A stretch of DNA of 64,000 nucleotides from Pseudomonadota bacterium (GTDB lineage: Bacteria; Pseudomonadota; Gammaproteobacteria; Steroidobacterales; Steroidobacteraceae): positions 12,595-76,594 of the forward strand of contig JAJYAM010000001.1 in assembly GCA_021779535.1 (NCBI GenBank). Direction: 5' to 3'. Of the stretch, positions 14,613 to 23,369 are shown piece after piece. The position numbers and the translations under genes were made by a program. The first letter of the stretch is position 1, and each line of letters starts with the position of its first letter. Under the pieces are notes generated by a model. That model saw only the letters and a list, made by a program, of their open reading frames with translations, was not told the origin of the DNA and ran no database searches.

Positions 14613-16703
14613 GTGACCGATGCCGGCGATTCGCCGATCCCGGCACCGATCGCCGCGATCCGGCCGCGGCGGCTGACGTCCCCGTTCGGCGACCGCATCG
14701 ATTCCTATTACTGGCTCCGCGACGACGACCGCGAAGACCCACAGATCCTCGCTTACCTCGCGGCCGAGAACGCGTACCGCCGTGCGACGATGGCACGGAC
14801 CGCGGACCTCGAGACGCGGGTGTACGCGGAGATCGTCGCGCGACTGCCGCGCAGCGATGCGAGCGTCCCCTATTTCAAGCAGGGGTTTTGGTACTACGAC
14901 CGCTTCGACCCCGATGCGGAACATCCCGTGTTCCTGCGCCGGCGCGGATCGATGGACGCGCCGGAGGAGACGATGCTGGACGCGAATCGACTCGCGTCGG
15001 GGCACGACTACTTCCAGATCGGCGCGGCGGAGGTCTCCCCGGACGGCCGGTTGCTCGCCTATTGCGAGGACACGGTCGGACGGCGCCAGTACCGGCTGCG
15101 GATTCGGGATCTTTCGACCGGCGTCACGTTGCCGACCGTGATCGAGGACGTGGAGGCGGATCTCGCGTGGGCCGGCGACAGCCGCACGCTGCTCTACGTC
15201 GCGAAGGACCCCGCGACCCTGCTCGGGGTGTACGTGCGCAAGCACCGGGTGGGCACCGATCCGCGGGACGACGCGCTGGTCTTCGAGCAGACGGACCGCA
15301 GCTTCTACACCGGCGTGTCGCAATCCAAATCGGAACGCTTCCTGTTCATCCACATGGAGAGCACCGTCGCCTCGGAGTGGCGCTACGCGCGCGCCGACGA
15401 TCCGGCGCTCGAATTTCGCGTGTTCCTGCCGCACCAGCGCGATCACGAGTACCAGATCGAGCACGCCGGCGACGGCTTCCTGATCCGCAGCAACTGGAAC
15501 GCACCGAATTTCCGCATTCTGCAGGCGCCGGCCGAGACGCCGTCGGACCGGGCGACCTGGCGCGAGCTCGTCCCACACCGGGAAGGAGCGTTCGTGCACG
15601 ATTTCGAGCCGTTCGCGCGCTTCGTCGCGGTGTCGCTGCGGACCGGCGCATTGCGGCGGATCGAGATCGTGCCGCTGGCGCCGGCCGGGGCGGAACCCGG
15701 GCGCACCGGGCCGTTCCTGGTCGACGCGGAGGAAACCGCCTTCACGATGGATTTCGGCGACAATCCGGCCGTCGACGGCGACGTGCTGCGCTACACCTAC
15801 ACCTCGCCGACGACACCGAAGACGACCTACGATCTCGACGTGCGTCGCGGCACGCGCACGCTGCTGAAGCGGGACGAGGTCGTCGGCGACTTCGACCCCG
15901 CCCGTTACCAGGCCGAGCTCGATTTCGTCGCGGCGGCGGACGGCGCGCGGATCCCGGTGACGCTGGTGCGCCGCCGGGACACGCCGCTCGACGGCACCGC
16001 ACCGTTGCTGCTGTACGCCTACGGCGCCTATGGGCTGTGCGTCGATCCGACGTTCTCGGTCTCGCGGCTGAGCCTGCTCGACCGTGGCTTCGTCCACGCG
16101 ATCGCGCACGTCCGCGGCGGCCAGGAAATGGGTCGCGCCTGGTACGATGCCGGCCGCACGCACCACAAGCGCAATTCGTTCACCGACTTCATCGACGTCA
16201 CCCGCGCGCTCGTTGCGCGCGGCGTCGCAGCCCCGGATCGCGTGATCGCAATGGGCGGCAGCGCCGGCGGTTTGCTGGTCGCGGCGGTCGCGAACATGGC
16301 CCCGGCGCTGTACCGCGCGATCGTCGCGCAGGTCCCGTTCGTCGACGTGGTCACCACGATGCTCGACGAGAGCATTCCGCTGACGACCAACGAACGCGAC
16401 GAATGGGGCGATCCCACCGTTCGCGAGGACTACGAGTACATGCGGTCGTACTCGCCGTACGACAACGTGCGCGCGCAAGCCTACCCCGCGATGCTGGTCA
16501 CGACCGGCTTGTGGGACAGCCAGGTGCAGTACTTCGAGCCGGTCAAATGGGTCGCGAAGCTGCGCGCGACGAAGACCGATCGCAACCCGTTGTTGCTGCA
16601 CGTCGAAATGGATGCGGGACACGGCGGCAAGCCCGGCCGCTTCGAGCACTTTCGCGACACCGCGATGGAATTCGCGTTCGTCATCGATTGCGCCGGCCGC
16701 TGA
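14613..16703 (+). CDS. ptrB: oligopeptidase B (protease II, S9 family)
   Basis: 696 aa. N-terminal DxYYWLRDD, catalytic GGSAGGLL, C-terminal MDAGHGG. GTG start. Confidence 0.9.
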   Translation: MTDAGDSPIPAPIAAIRPRRLTSPFGDRIDSYYWLRDDDREDPQILAYLAAENAYRRATMARTADLETRVYAEIVARLPRSDASVPYFKQGFWYYDRFDPDAEHPVFLRRRGSMDAPEETMLDANRLASGHDYFQIGAAEVSPDGRLLAYCEDTVGRRQYRLRIRDLSTGVTLPTVIEDVEADLAWAGDSRTLLYVAKDPATLLGVYVRKHRVGTDPRDDALVFEQTDRSFYTGVSQSKSERFLFIHMESTVASEWRYARADDPALEFRVFLPHQRDHEYQIEHAGDGFLIRSNWNAPNFRILQAPAETPSDRATWRELVPHREGAFVHDFEPFARFVAVSLRTGALRRIEIVPLAPAGAEPGRTGPFLVDAEETAFTMDFGDNPAVDGDVLRYTYTSPTTPKTTYDLDVRRGTRTLLKRDEVVGDFDPARYQAELDFVAAADGARIPVTLVRRRDTPLDGTAPLLLYAYGAYGLCVDPTFSVSRLSLLDRGFVHAIAHVRGGQEMGRAWYDAGRTHHKRNSFTDFIDVTRALVARGVAAPDRVIAMGGSAGGLLVAAVANMAPALYRAIVAQVPFVDVVTTMLDESIPLTTNERDEWGDPTVREDYEYMRSYSPYDNVRAQAYPAMLVTTGLWDSQVQYFEPVKWVAKLRATKTDRNPLLLHVEMDAGHGGKPGRFEHFRDTAMEFAFVIDCAGR

Positions 16704-16755
16704 CGGGGCGGCGCCGGACCCGCTCCGCGGTGACGATTCCGGTCAGGCGCGGACG

Positions 16756-17529
16756 TCAACGACCGTGCGGACGCACCACGATGCACGATTGGGCCTGCGC
16801 GCGCAGGCGCCGGCAGATCAGCGCCGCGCGCGCGCGGCTGAGTCCGCGGACCTGCAGCCGGTAAAGGCGTCCCGCTTTGGTGCGCAGCGGGCTGACCCGG
16901 GGATGCAGGCCCCGCAGAAGGTGTCCGTCGCGCGCGACGAGGGCCCGCCAGTGACGCAACGCGGCGGACGCGCCCGAGCGGAATGCGCCGAGTTGTACCC
17001 CGTAGGCGCCTGCGGTCCGCTCATGACGCACGACCCGATGCGCCACGGCCGGGTGCGTGCGCCGCGTGCTCGACGGTCGCGACGTCGTCTCGGCACCCGC
17101 TGCCGCCGGTTTCGACCCGGCGGGGCCGGTCGCCGCGCCGGTGGCGGCCGCGGCGGCGGCCGATGCCGGCGACACCCCGCCGCTCGACGCCGGCGCATTG
17201 GGCGGCGACGCGAGCGCGAAGTTCTCGATCCGGATCCGCGCCTCCTCGGCCCACTTGCCTTGCGGGTGTTGTCTCAGAAACGCCTGATAGCCTTCAGGCG
17301 TGTTCGTCGCACTCGCCTTCTGCCAATCCTGATCCTCTTCGACCTGCGCGAGGCGTGCCTCGGCCTGGGCCACGAACGATCCGTTCGGATATTTCGCCAG
17401 GTACTGCTCGTAGGATTGCACGGTGTTCGTGGCGCGCACCTTGGCCCAGTCGCTTTGCTCGCGGTGGCAGCCCGCGAGACCGAGGGTCAGGAGGCAAAGG
17501 CCGGTGGCGATCCAGGGTGTTCGTTGCAT
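16756..17529 (-). CDS. lipoprotein with two W..TNT..Y..(F/Y)L repeats and a C-terminal SPOR domain
   Basis: 257 aa. Lipobox LGLAGC, an Ala/Ser/Gly linker, and a SPOR-like C-terminus (YGVQLGAFRSG...LYRLQVRGLSRARAALICRRL). Confidence 0.75.
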   Translation of the reverse strand: MQRTPWIATGLCLLTLGLAGCHREQSDWAKVRATNTVQSYEQYLAKYPNGSFVAQAEARLAQVEEDQDWQKASATNTPEGYQAFLRQHPQGKWAEEARIRIENFALASPPNAPASSGGVSPASAAAAAATGAATGPAGSKPAAAGAETTSRPSSTRRTHPAVAHRVVRHERTAGAYGVQLGAFRSGASAALRHWRALVARDGHLLRGLHPRVSPLRTKAGRLYRLQVRGLSRARAALICRRLRAQAQSCIVVRPHGR

Positions 17530-17558
17530 CGTCGTTCTCGCTCAGGGGAGTCGTGGGA

Positions 17559-18974
17559 TCATTGAACCGTACCGGCCTCGACCGAGAACTCGACACGGTT
17601 GTTCGCGGCCGCGGCCTCGTTCCACTCGCCGGCGGTCAAGGTCGCCGTGCGGGCCGGATAGGGCGTTGCCACGTGGGCGCTGGAGCCGTCCTGAATCGCG
17701 ACCGAGATCGCGCCGCCGGAGCGCTCACGCACGCCGGCGATCAGGTTGCCGAAGGCGAGCGATTGCCGTTGTTGTCCGGAGAGCGACTCCTCGAACGGAT
17801 TACCGACCGCATCGCATTGTGCGGCGGGCAGGTTCGGTTTCGCGGGCACGTAGCCGTCGGTCGGGTTGCCCGTGAGGCAGAACAGACCGGGATAGCTCGT
17901 CACCTTGACGACGCCGTGAAAGCCTTGGGCCTCGAGCTGCGCCAGCAAGCCGCGCATCGCGTCGAGCCGGCCGCGGTCGAGCGGCACTTCGCCGTACGGC
18001 ACCGTGACGACGCGGCCGTCCGCAGCGGTGCCCGTCGCCGCCGCGGTCGAGGTCGCGATGCCCGCGGCCGCGCCGGCACCCGACGGCGTCGCGCCGGCAC
18101 CCGTCGATGTCGCGCCGGAAGCCGCGGTCGCACCCAGGGCCGACGCGCTCGCGAGCGCGGCCGTGAGCCGCGCGGTGGCGCGATCGAGATCGGCGCGCGC
18201 GCGATCGAGGGGGATCGCGGCGGTCGACAGCGTCGCGATCCGGGCCTGCGACGCCGCGAGGCGCGCGCGCGTCCCCATCCAAAGCACGCCGAAGACGATC
18301 GCGGCGAGCGCCACGGCCGCGGTCGCGGCGATCCACGGCCACGGCGGTCGCTGCGGCGGCGGCATCGGCGGCGCGGGCTCGACCGGCGACTTCACCGCGT
18401 GATCGCGGACCTCGCCGACGATCCGCGTCGCGAAACTGTCGAGACTCGCGACGACGAACCGGCGCAAGTCCGCCGACTGCTCGCGAATCGCCGTTTCGAT
18501 CCGCTTGGTCGAGTCCGCGGCCGCGGGCGGCGCCGGCGGCTTCGCCGCGCCCGGCGCCTCGAGGTCGACCGGCGCGAGCACCGAGCCTTCCGCGTCGCGC
18601 CGCTCCGGCAACAAGTGCAGTTCGTACAGCACCTTCGAGACGTCGACCGGTCGAACCTGTTTCGGCAACACGCCGAACGCGCCGAGCGCGCGGGCCTGAC
18701 CGACGTACAACTCCCCTTCCTGCGAGGTGTACATCATGATCGGGACCGTCGCGTTGCGCGGATCCGCCTTGATCACCTTCACGGCCTGCAACCCGTCCAT
18801 GCCGGGCATCAAGTGATCCATGAAGATCGCGTCGGGTCGCTGGTGTTCGAGGTACTGGATCGCCTGCTCGGCGGACTCGGCCATGTCCACCTCGATCCCG
18901 TACTTCTCGAGCATCCGGCTCAACACGACGCGAGCCGACTTCGAGTCGTCGACGATCAGCGCCCGCTTGCGCAT
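17559..18974 (-). CDS. CheY-like receiver - single TM - periplasmic OmpA-like(?) domain protein
   Basis: Receiver motifs LIVDDS, IFMDHLMPGMDG, MMYTSQ, LPKQ. TM segment PWPWIAATAAVALAAIVFGVLWMG. The C-terminus ends NNRVEFSV, resembling the NRRVE end of OmpA/MotB domains. Start taken at MRKRALIVDD (18974); the ORF opens at 19019. Confidence 0.75.
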   Translation of the reverse strand: MRKRALIVDDSKSARVVLSRMLEKYGIEVDMAESAEQAIQYLEHQRPDAIFMDHLMPGMDGLQAVKVIKADPRNATVPIMMYTSQEGELYVGQARALGAFGVLPKQVRPVDVSKVLYELHLLPERRDAEGSVLAPVDLEAPGAAKPPAPPAAADSTKRIETAIREQSADLRRFVVASLDSFATRIVGEVRDHAVKSPVEPAPPMPPPQRPPWPWIAATAAVALAAIVFGVLWMGTRARLAASQARIATLSTAAIPLDRARADLDRATARLTAALASASALGATAASGATSTGAGATPSGAGAAAGIATSTAAATGTAADGRVVTVPYGEVPLDRGRLDAMRGLLAQLEAQGFHGVVKVTSYPGLFCLTGNPTDGYVPAKPNLPAAQCDAVGNPFEESLSGQQRQSLAFGNLIAGVRERSGGAISVAIQDGSSAHVATPYPARTATLTAGEWNEAAAANNRVEFSVEAGTVQ

Positions 18975-19028
18975 CCGGGTTCCCGCGTCATCGGCACAGC
19001 CTCCCTCGGCCGCCCCCATCGCCCGGCG

Positions 19029-19241
19029 TCAGCTCGCTTCCGGTGGCCCCGATTCCCTGTTCTGATCGATCCAGGTCAGCGCGGCCTCGACGTCCTGGAG
19101 CTCGCTCGCGGTGAATCCGGAAACCCGGGCGCCGGGCGATTCCGCCTTCTTCCTGGACAACTCCGCCTCCGCGATCCGATGCACCCACACGAGGCCGCGG
19201 CGGACCTTGGCGGTGAATTTCTGCTGTTTCTCGTCGCTCAT
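19029..19241 (-). CDS. hypothetical 70-aa protein
   Basis: GGAGG lies 7 nt upstream of the ATG. It sits on the same strand between the ABC-2 permease and the receiver gene. I recognised no family. Confidence 0.45.
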   Translation of the reverse strand: MSDEKQQKFTAKVRRGLVWVHRIAEAELSRKKAESPGARVSGFTASELQDVEAALTWIDQNRESGPPEAS

Positions 19242-19283
19242 TCTGCGCCTCCAGTGTAGTACCCCGGTTCCGGCCGCCCGAAG

Positions 19284-20072
19284 TCAGTCGCGAATGCCGA
19301 CGCCCCGGTTCATCAGCACGACCGCCAGCGAGAACATGCCGACGGCGGCGATGACCATGATCGCGTAAGCCAGCCGCAAGTCGACGTCGGCCGTGCCGAG
19401 GAAACCGTACCGGAATGCGCTCACCATGTACAGGATCGGATTCGCGTGGGACGCGTCGAGCGCCCACGGGGGCAGCATCCGGATCGAGTAGAAGACGCCG
19501 CCGAGGTAGGTCAGCGGCGTCAGGATGAACGTCGGGAACCAGGAGATCTGATCGAAGTTCTTCGCGAGCATCGCGTTGATGAATCCGCCGAGCGCGAACA
19601 CGAAGCTCGTGAGGAACGCGGCCGAAACGATCAGCACGGGGTGCAGCACGCCGAGGCGCGTGAAGAACAGCGACACGATCGTGACGACGGTTCCGACCAT
19701 GAAGCCCCGGATCACGCCGCCGAGCGCGTAGCCGAGCACGATCAGCCAGTTCGGCAGCGGCGCGACCAGGAGCTCCTCGAGGTACTTGCCGAACTTCGCG
19801 CCGAAGAACGAGGACACGACGTTGCCGTAGGAATTCTGGATCACCGACATCATGATCAGGCCGGGCGCGATGAACTGCATGTAGTCGTGCCCGCCGACCT
19901 GACCGACGCGGCGGCCGATCAGGCTGCCGAAGATCACGAAGTACAGTGTCGAGGTGACCGCGGGCGGCAGCAGCGTCTGCCCCCAGATGCGCACGATCCG
20001 GCCGAATTCGCGGATCAGGGTCGTCCGGAATCCGATCCAACGCGCGGCCGCGCGGCCGGCCGGGGCGGTCAT
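19284..20072 (-). CDS. ABC-2 type transporter permease (YadH-like)
   Basis: 262 aa with 6 predicted TM segments. ATGA overlap with the upstream ATPase stop. Confidence 0.85.
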   Translation of the reverse strand: MTAPAGRAAARWIGFRTTLIREFGRIVRIWGQTLLPPAVTSTLYFVIFGSLIGRRVGQVGGHDYMQFIAPGLIMMSVIQNSYGNVVSSFFGAKFGKYLEELLVAPLPNWLIVLGYALGGVIRGFMVGTVVTIVSLFFTRLGVLHPVLIVSAAFLTSFVFALGGFINAMLAKNFDQISWFPTFILTPLTYLGGVFYSIRMLPPWALDASHANPILYMVSAFRYGFLGTADVDLRLAYAIMVIAAVGMFSLAVVLMNRGVGIRD

Positions 20073-21010
20073 GTGAGCGCCTCGGCCGCGCCGGCCCGGC
20101 CCCGGGAGTCGACCAGGCGCACGAACAATTCCTCGAGGCGATTGACCTTGTTGCGCATGCTGTCGATCTCGATTCCCTGCTCGCTCAGCTGTGCGAACAC
20201 CCGGTTGAGGCTCTGGCCGCGCGAGACCTCGACCTCGAGGGTGTGATCGTCCGCGAGCACCGCGCGAAACCCCTCGAGCCGGGGCACCGCGGTGCGCGCC
20301 TCGCGCAGGTTCAGCACGAAGGTCTCCGCCTGCAATTTGCGCAGCACGTTGGCCATGCTGTCCCGCTCGATGATCCGGCCGCCGTCGATGATCGCGACGT
20401 TCCGGCACAGGTTCTCCGCTTCCTCGAGATAATGCGTGGTCAGGATGATCGTGGTGCCTTCGCCGTTGATCAGGCGCAGGAACTCCCACATCGACCGGCG
20501 CACTTCGATGTCCACGCCGGCGGTCGGCTCGTCGAGGATCAGCAGTTCCGGCTGGTGCATCAGCGCCCTCGCGATCATCAGCCGCCGCTTCATGCCGCCG
20601 GACAGGGAGCGCGCGATCGAGCGGCGCCGATCCCAGAGCTGCAGTTGCTTCAGGTAGACCTCGGCGCGCTGTTTCGCGACGTGGCGCGGAATGCCGTAGA
20701 AGCCCGCCTGGTTCACGACGATCGTCTGCACGGACTCGAACTGGTTGAAATTGGCTTCCTGCGGCACGACGCCGATGCAGGATTTCGCGATCTCGAGCTC
20801 GCGATCGATGTCGTGGCCGAAGACCTCGACGACGCCGCTGGTCTTGGTCACGAGCGAGGTGACGATCCCGATCGCGGTCGTCTTGCCCGCGCCGTTCGGC
20901 CCGAGCAACGCGAAGAAGTCTCCGCGTTCGACCTCGAGGTCGATGCCCTTCAAGGCCTTGATGCCGTTCTTGTAGGTCTTGGTGAGCTGCCGGAGCACGA
21001 GCGCGCGCAT
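20069..21010 (-). CDS. ABC transporter ATP-binding protein (YadG-like)
   Basis: 313 aa. GPNGAGKTT, LSGGMKRRLMIARAL, LLILDEPTAGVD. Confidence 0.9.
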   Translation of the reverse strand: MRALVLRQLTKTYKNGIKALKGIDLEVERGDFFALLGPNGAGKTTAIGIVTSLVTKTSGVVEVFGHDIDRELEIAKSCIGVVPQEANFNQFESVQTIVVNQAGFYGIPRHVAKQRAEVYLKQLQLWDRRRSIARSLSGGMKRRLMIARALMHQPELLILDEPTAGVDIEVRRSMWEFLRLINGEGTTIILTTHYLEEAENLCRNVAIIDGGRIIERDSMANVLRKLQAETFVLNLREARTAVPRLEGFRAVLADDHTLEVEVSRGQSLNRVFAQLSEQGIEIDSMRNKVNRLEELFVRLVDSRGRAGAAEALT

Positions 21011-21102
21011 AGAGGCGCGAACTGTAACCGCGCGGGGTACGCTCCGCAACGACCGGGCGGGTGACGGGCGCCGCTCCGCGGCGCGCGCGCCCGCGGGAAC
21101 CT

Positions 21103-21675
21103 CTAGCGCAACCGCGTCGCGACCGCGAGTTGCAGCCCGTAGAGCTGGATCCGGCGCAGCCGGGTTCGGTCGGCGCTTTCGGCCGCCTCCGCGAGTCCCG
21201 CCCAGAACGCCGTGCAGCGCGGCCAGCGCGGAGCCAGGTCCGGCGCCTCGGCATCGGCGATCCGCGTGAGCCGCACGAACGTCGCGTCCGCGAATGCCGC
21301 GGCGGTGCGCGGACCCATCCCGAGCGCGACGCGCGCCTGCAGATTCGCGCTCGTCGCCAGGTGCCACGCGTAGATCAGCGCGAGCCGCACGAACGTGACG
21401 ACCGCCGGGTTCGAGGCGCCGGACTCCGCGACCCGGTCGGGCAAGGCGGTATCGAGACGCGTTCGCCAATAGGCGTCGTCTTCGAAGTGCAGATCGAACA
21501 GGGCGTAGGGGCAATCGGCGATCGCGGCCTTGCGGGCGGGCGGGAGCGCGAGGATCTCCGGGTCCGCGACGCCGTCGAGATCGAGGAAGCCGAGATTCAG
21601 TTCGCGCAGCGTCCGGCCGGTCTCGCCGGTGATCGGCGTCTCGCGAGTCCAAGGTTCGATGATCGGATCTTGCAT
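21103..21675 (-). CDS. hypothetical protein, possible FlhD-like partner of the divergent FlhC-like gene
   Basis: 190 aa from the internal ATG. By eye, the C-terminal half (VTFVRLALIYAWHLATSANLQARVALGMGPRTAAAFADATFVRLTRIADAE) lines up with the E. coli FlhD core ([49 protein letters not shown]). This match is weak and unverified. Confidence 0.4.
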   Translation of the reverse strand: MQDPIIEPWTRETPITGETGRTLRELNLGFLDLDGVADPEILALPPARKAAIADCPYALFDLHFEDDAYWRTRLDTALPDRVAESGASNPAVVTFVRLALIYAWHLATSANLQARVALGMGPRTAAAFADATFVRLTRIADAEAPDLAPRWPRCTAFWAGLAEAAESADRTRLRRIQLYGLQLAVATRLR

Positions 21676-21758
21676 CGTCCGCCCCCCCCGAGGGGGCCGC
21701 TCGGCGCGCTCGTGCGCATTTCCCGACGAACGCGCGGCGAATCGCGACGTCGACCCCC

Positions 21759-21787
21759 TTGGCAAGCACGCTAACTTTGTGATTAAT
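21759..21787 (+). promoter_or_regulatory. sigma-70-like promoter TTGGCA-N17-ATTAAT in an AT-rich divergent intergenic region
   Basis: Conspicuously AT-rich patch (about 21770-21835) in a GC-rich genome, 60 nt upstream of the FlhC-like ATG. A second candidate is TTGTCA (21790)-N16-GAAAAT. Confidence 0.4.
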
Positions 21788-21846
21788 TTTTGTCAAATTT
21801 TTTGAGGCTGAGAAAATAGCGATTTCCCACCGTTTTGGAGGGTGCC

Positions 21847-22419
21847 ATGAGGGTTTCCGACGACCGATATACCCGGGACCGGCTGCGCTTCGATCTGGCG
21901 ATGCGGTTGATCCGCCACGAAGCACGCACCTGCACGATCCGCCTGTGGACCGGGCTCAGCGACGACCGGATCCGCAAGCTCTACCGCAGCTACGTCGAAG
22001 AGCGCGACCGCACCGATCTGCCGCGGCACCGCGGCAAGTCGCCGCGCCAGACGGCGTTCTTCTTCCGCAGCCCGGAGCTGCACTTCCAGGCGGCGCAGCT
22101 CGCGAGCCTGTACATCCTGCTCGGCCTGCTCGGCACGACGCCGGCCGGCGTCGAATCGCATTACCGAATCGGCACCGTCGAGTCGGGCGTGCTGCTATGC
22201 CGCGCGTACGAGGTCTACGTCGACCTGCACGAACCGGCGCGGATCTCGTTCGAGCATGCCTGGTTCCTGCTCTGGGCGCTCGCACGGCACACGGAGATCG
22301 GCCTCGCCCGCTGCGAGCGCTGCGGAGGGCTGCGGCTGCGCGACGTTCTCGCCGGCCGCGACGCCCCGTGCGCGAACTGCCGCGCGCCCTCGGCGCTCGG
22401 CGCGCGGCGGGGCTGCTAG
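21847..22419 (+). CDS. FlhC-family transcriptional regulator-like protein
   Basis: 190 aa. DLAMRLIRHEARTCTI..LSDDRIRKLYRS aligns with FlhC QLAMELITLGARLQML..LSRGRLIKLYKE. SFEHAWFLLWAL..CERCGG-x15-CANC aligns with LTRAWTLVRFV..CNCCGG-x16-CSLC, the four-Cys Zn site. GGAGG lies 5 nt before the ATG at 21847. Confidence 0.7.
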   Translation: MRVSDDRYTRDRLRFDLAMRLIRHEARTCTIRLWTGLSDDRIRKLYRSYVEERDRTDLPRHRGKSPRQTAFFFRSPELHFQAAQLASLYILLGLLGTTPAGVESHYRIGTVESGVLLCRAYEVYVDLHEPARISFEHAWFLLWALARHTEIGLARCERCGGLRLRDVLAGRDAPCANCRAPSALGARRGC

Positions 22420-22430
22420 AATTCGCGGCG

Positions 22431-23369
22431 ATGGCGCGCCGTATCACGTTCGCTGGACCCTATCTCGATCGCGCCGCGCACCTTCGCCAGGATCCGGCCG
22501 GGTTCGACGCGGCGCTGGCCGAGCCCGGGAGCTGCGCGACCCTCGTCTGCGAGTCGCGAAGCCTGGTCCGCGACGTCGACACCGACGCCCCGCGCGCCGC
22601 GCTCATGGAGCTCGTGCGCCTGCCCGACGCCGTGCGCCGCGCCGAAGCACTCACGCTGCTCGGCCGATTCGCCGACCGGCCGTGTTTCGCGGTGGAGGTC
22701 GCCCCGACCGATGCGCTGCCGACGCCCGCCGGGACGCGTTTCGAGGATTTGCGCGCGATCGCCGGCCGGCTGCCCGCGGCCGATGCCGGGCTGCTCGGCT
22801 ACGCACGCGCGATGGTCGGCTGGCGGCGACGGCACCGGTTCTGCGGGGTCTGCGGTTCGCCGACCCGCCCGGTCCGGGGCGGGCACGTGCTCGCGTGCAC
22901 CCGCCCGACCTGCGGCACCGAGCAATTCCCCCGGATCGATCCGGCGATCATCGTGCTGGTCGACGACGACGGCGGGCGGGCCCTGCTCGGTCGGCAGGCG
23001 AGCTGGCCCGCCGAACGTTATTCGACGATCGCCGGCTTCGTGGAGCCCGGCGAGGCGCTGGAGGATGCGGTCGCGCGCGAGGTGCGCGAAGAGACCGGCA
23101 TCGAGATCGAGCGAACCGAGTACTTCGCGTCCCAGCCCTGGCCTTTCCCGGCGTCGCTGATGCTCGGTTTCACCGCGCGGGCCGCGACCCACGCGATCCA
23201 CCGCAGCGATCACGAACTCGAGGACGCCCGCTGGTTCACCCGCGAGCAAGTCGCCGCCGGCGGCGTTCGGTTGCCGCCGCGCCAGTCGATTTCGTTCAGT
23301 CTGATCGAACGCTGGTTCGACGCCGCCGGCGGCCCGCCGTTGCGGGCGACCCCGGGAGCGCGGTTCTGA
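22431..23369 (+). CDS. nudC: NAD+ diphosphatase (NADH pyrophosphatase)
   Basis: Zn ribbon CGVCGS..ACTRPTCG, Nudix box GFVEPGEALEDAVAREVREETGI, and the SQPWPFPASLM motif. Confidence 0.9.
   Translation: MARRITFAGPYLDRAAHLRQDPAGFDAALAEPGSCATLVCESRSLVRDVDTDAPRAALMELVRLPDAVRRAEALTLLGRFADRPCFAVEVAPTDALPTPAGTRFEDLRAIAGRLPAADAGLLGYARAMVGWRRRHRFCGVCGSPTRPVRGGHVLACTRPTCGTEQFPRIDPAIIVLVDDDGGRALLGRQASWPAERYSTIAGFVEPGEALEDAVAREVREETGIEIERTEYFASQPWPFPASLMLGFTARAATHAIHRSDHELEDARWFTREQVAAGGVRLPPRQSISFSLIERWFDAAGGPPLRATPGARF

Noticed and set aside
21759-21775. TTGGCAAGCACGCTAAC in the FlhC-like upstream region as a sigma-54 promoter
   Set aside because: The -24 GG is present, but there is no GC at the required -12 spacing. 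It fits a sigma-70 -35 element (TTGGCA-N17-ATTAAT) better.
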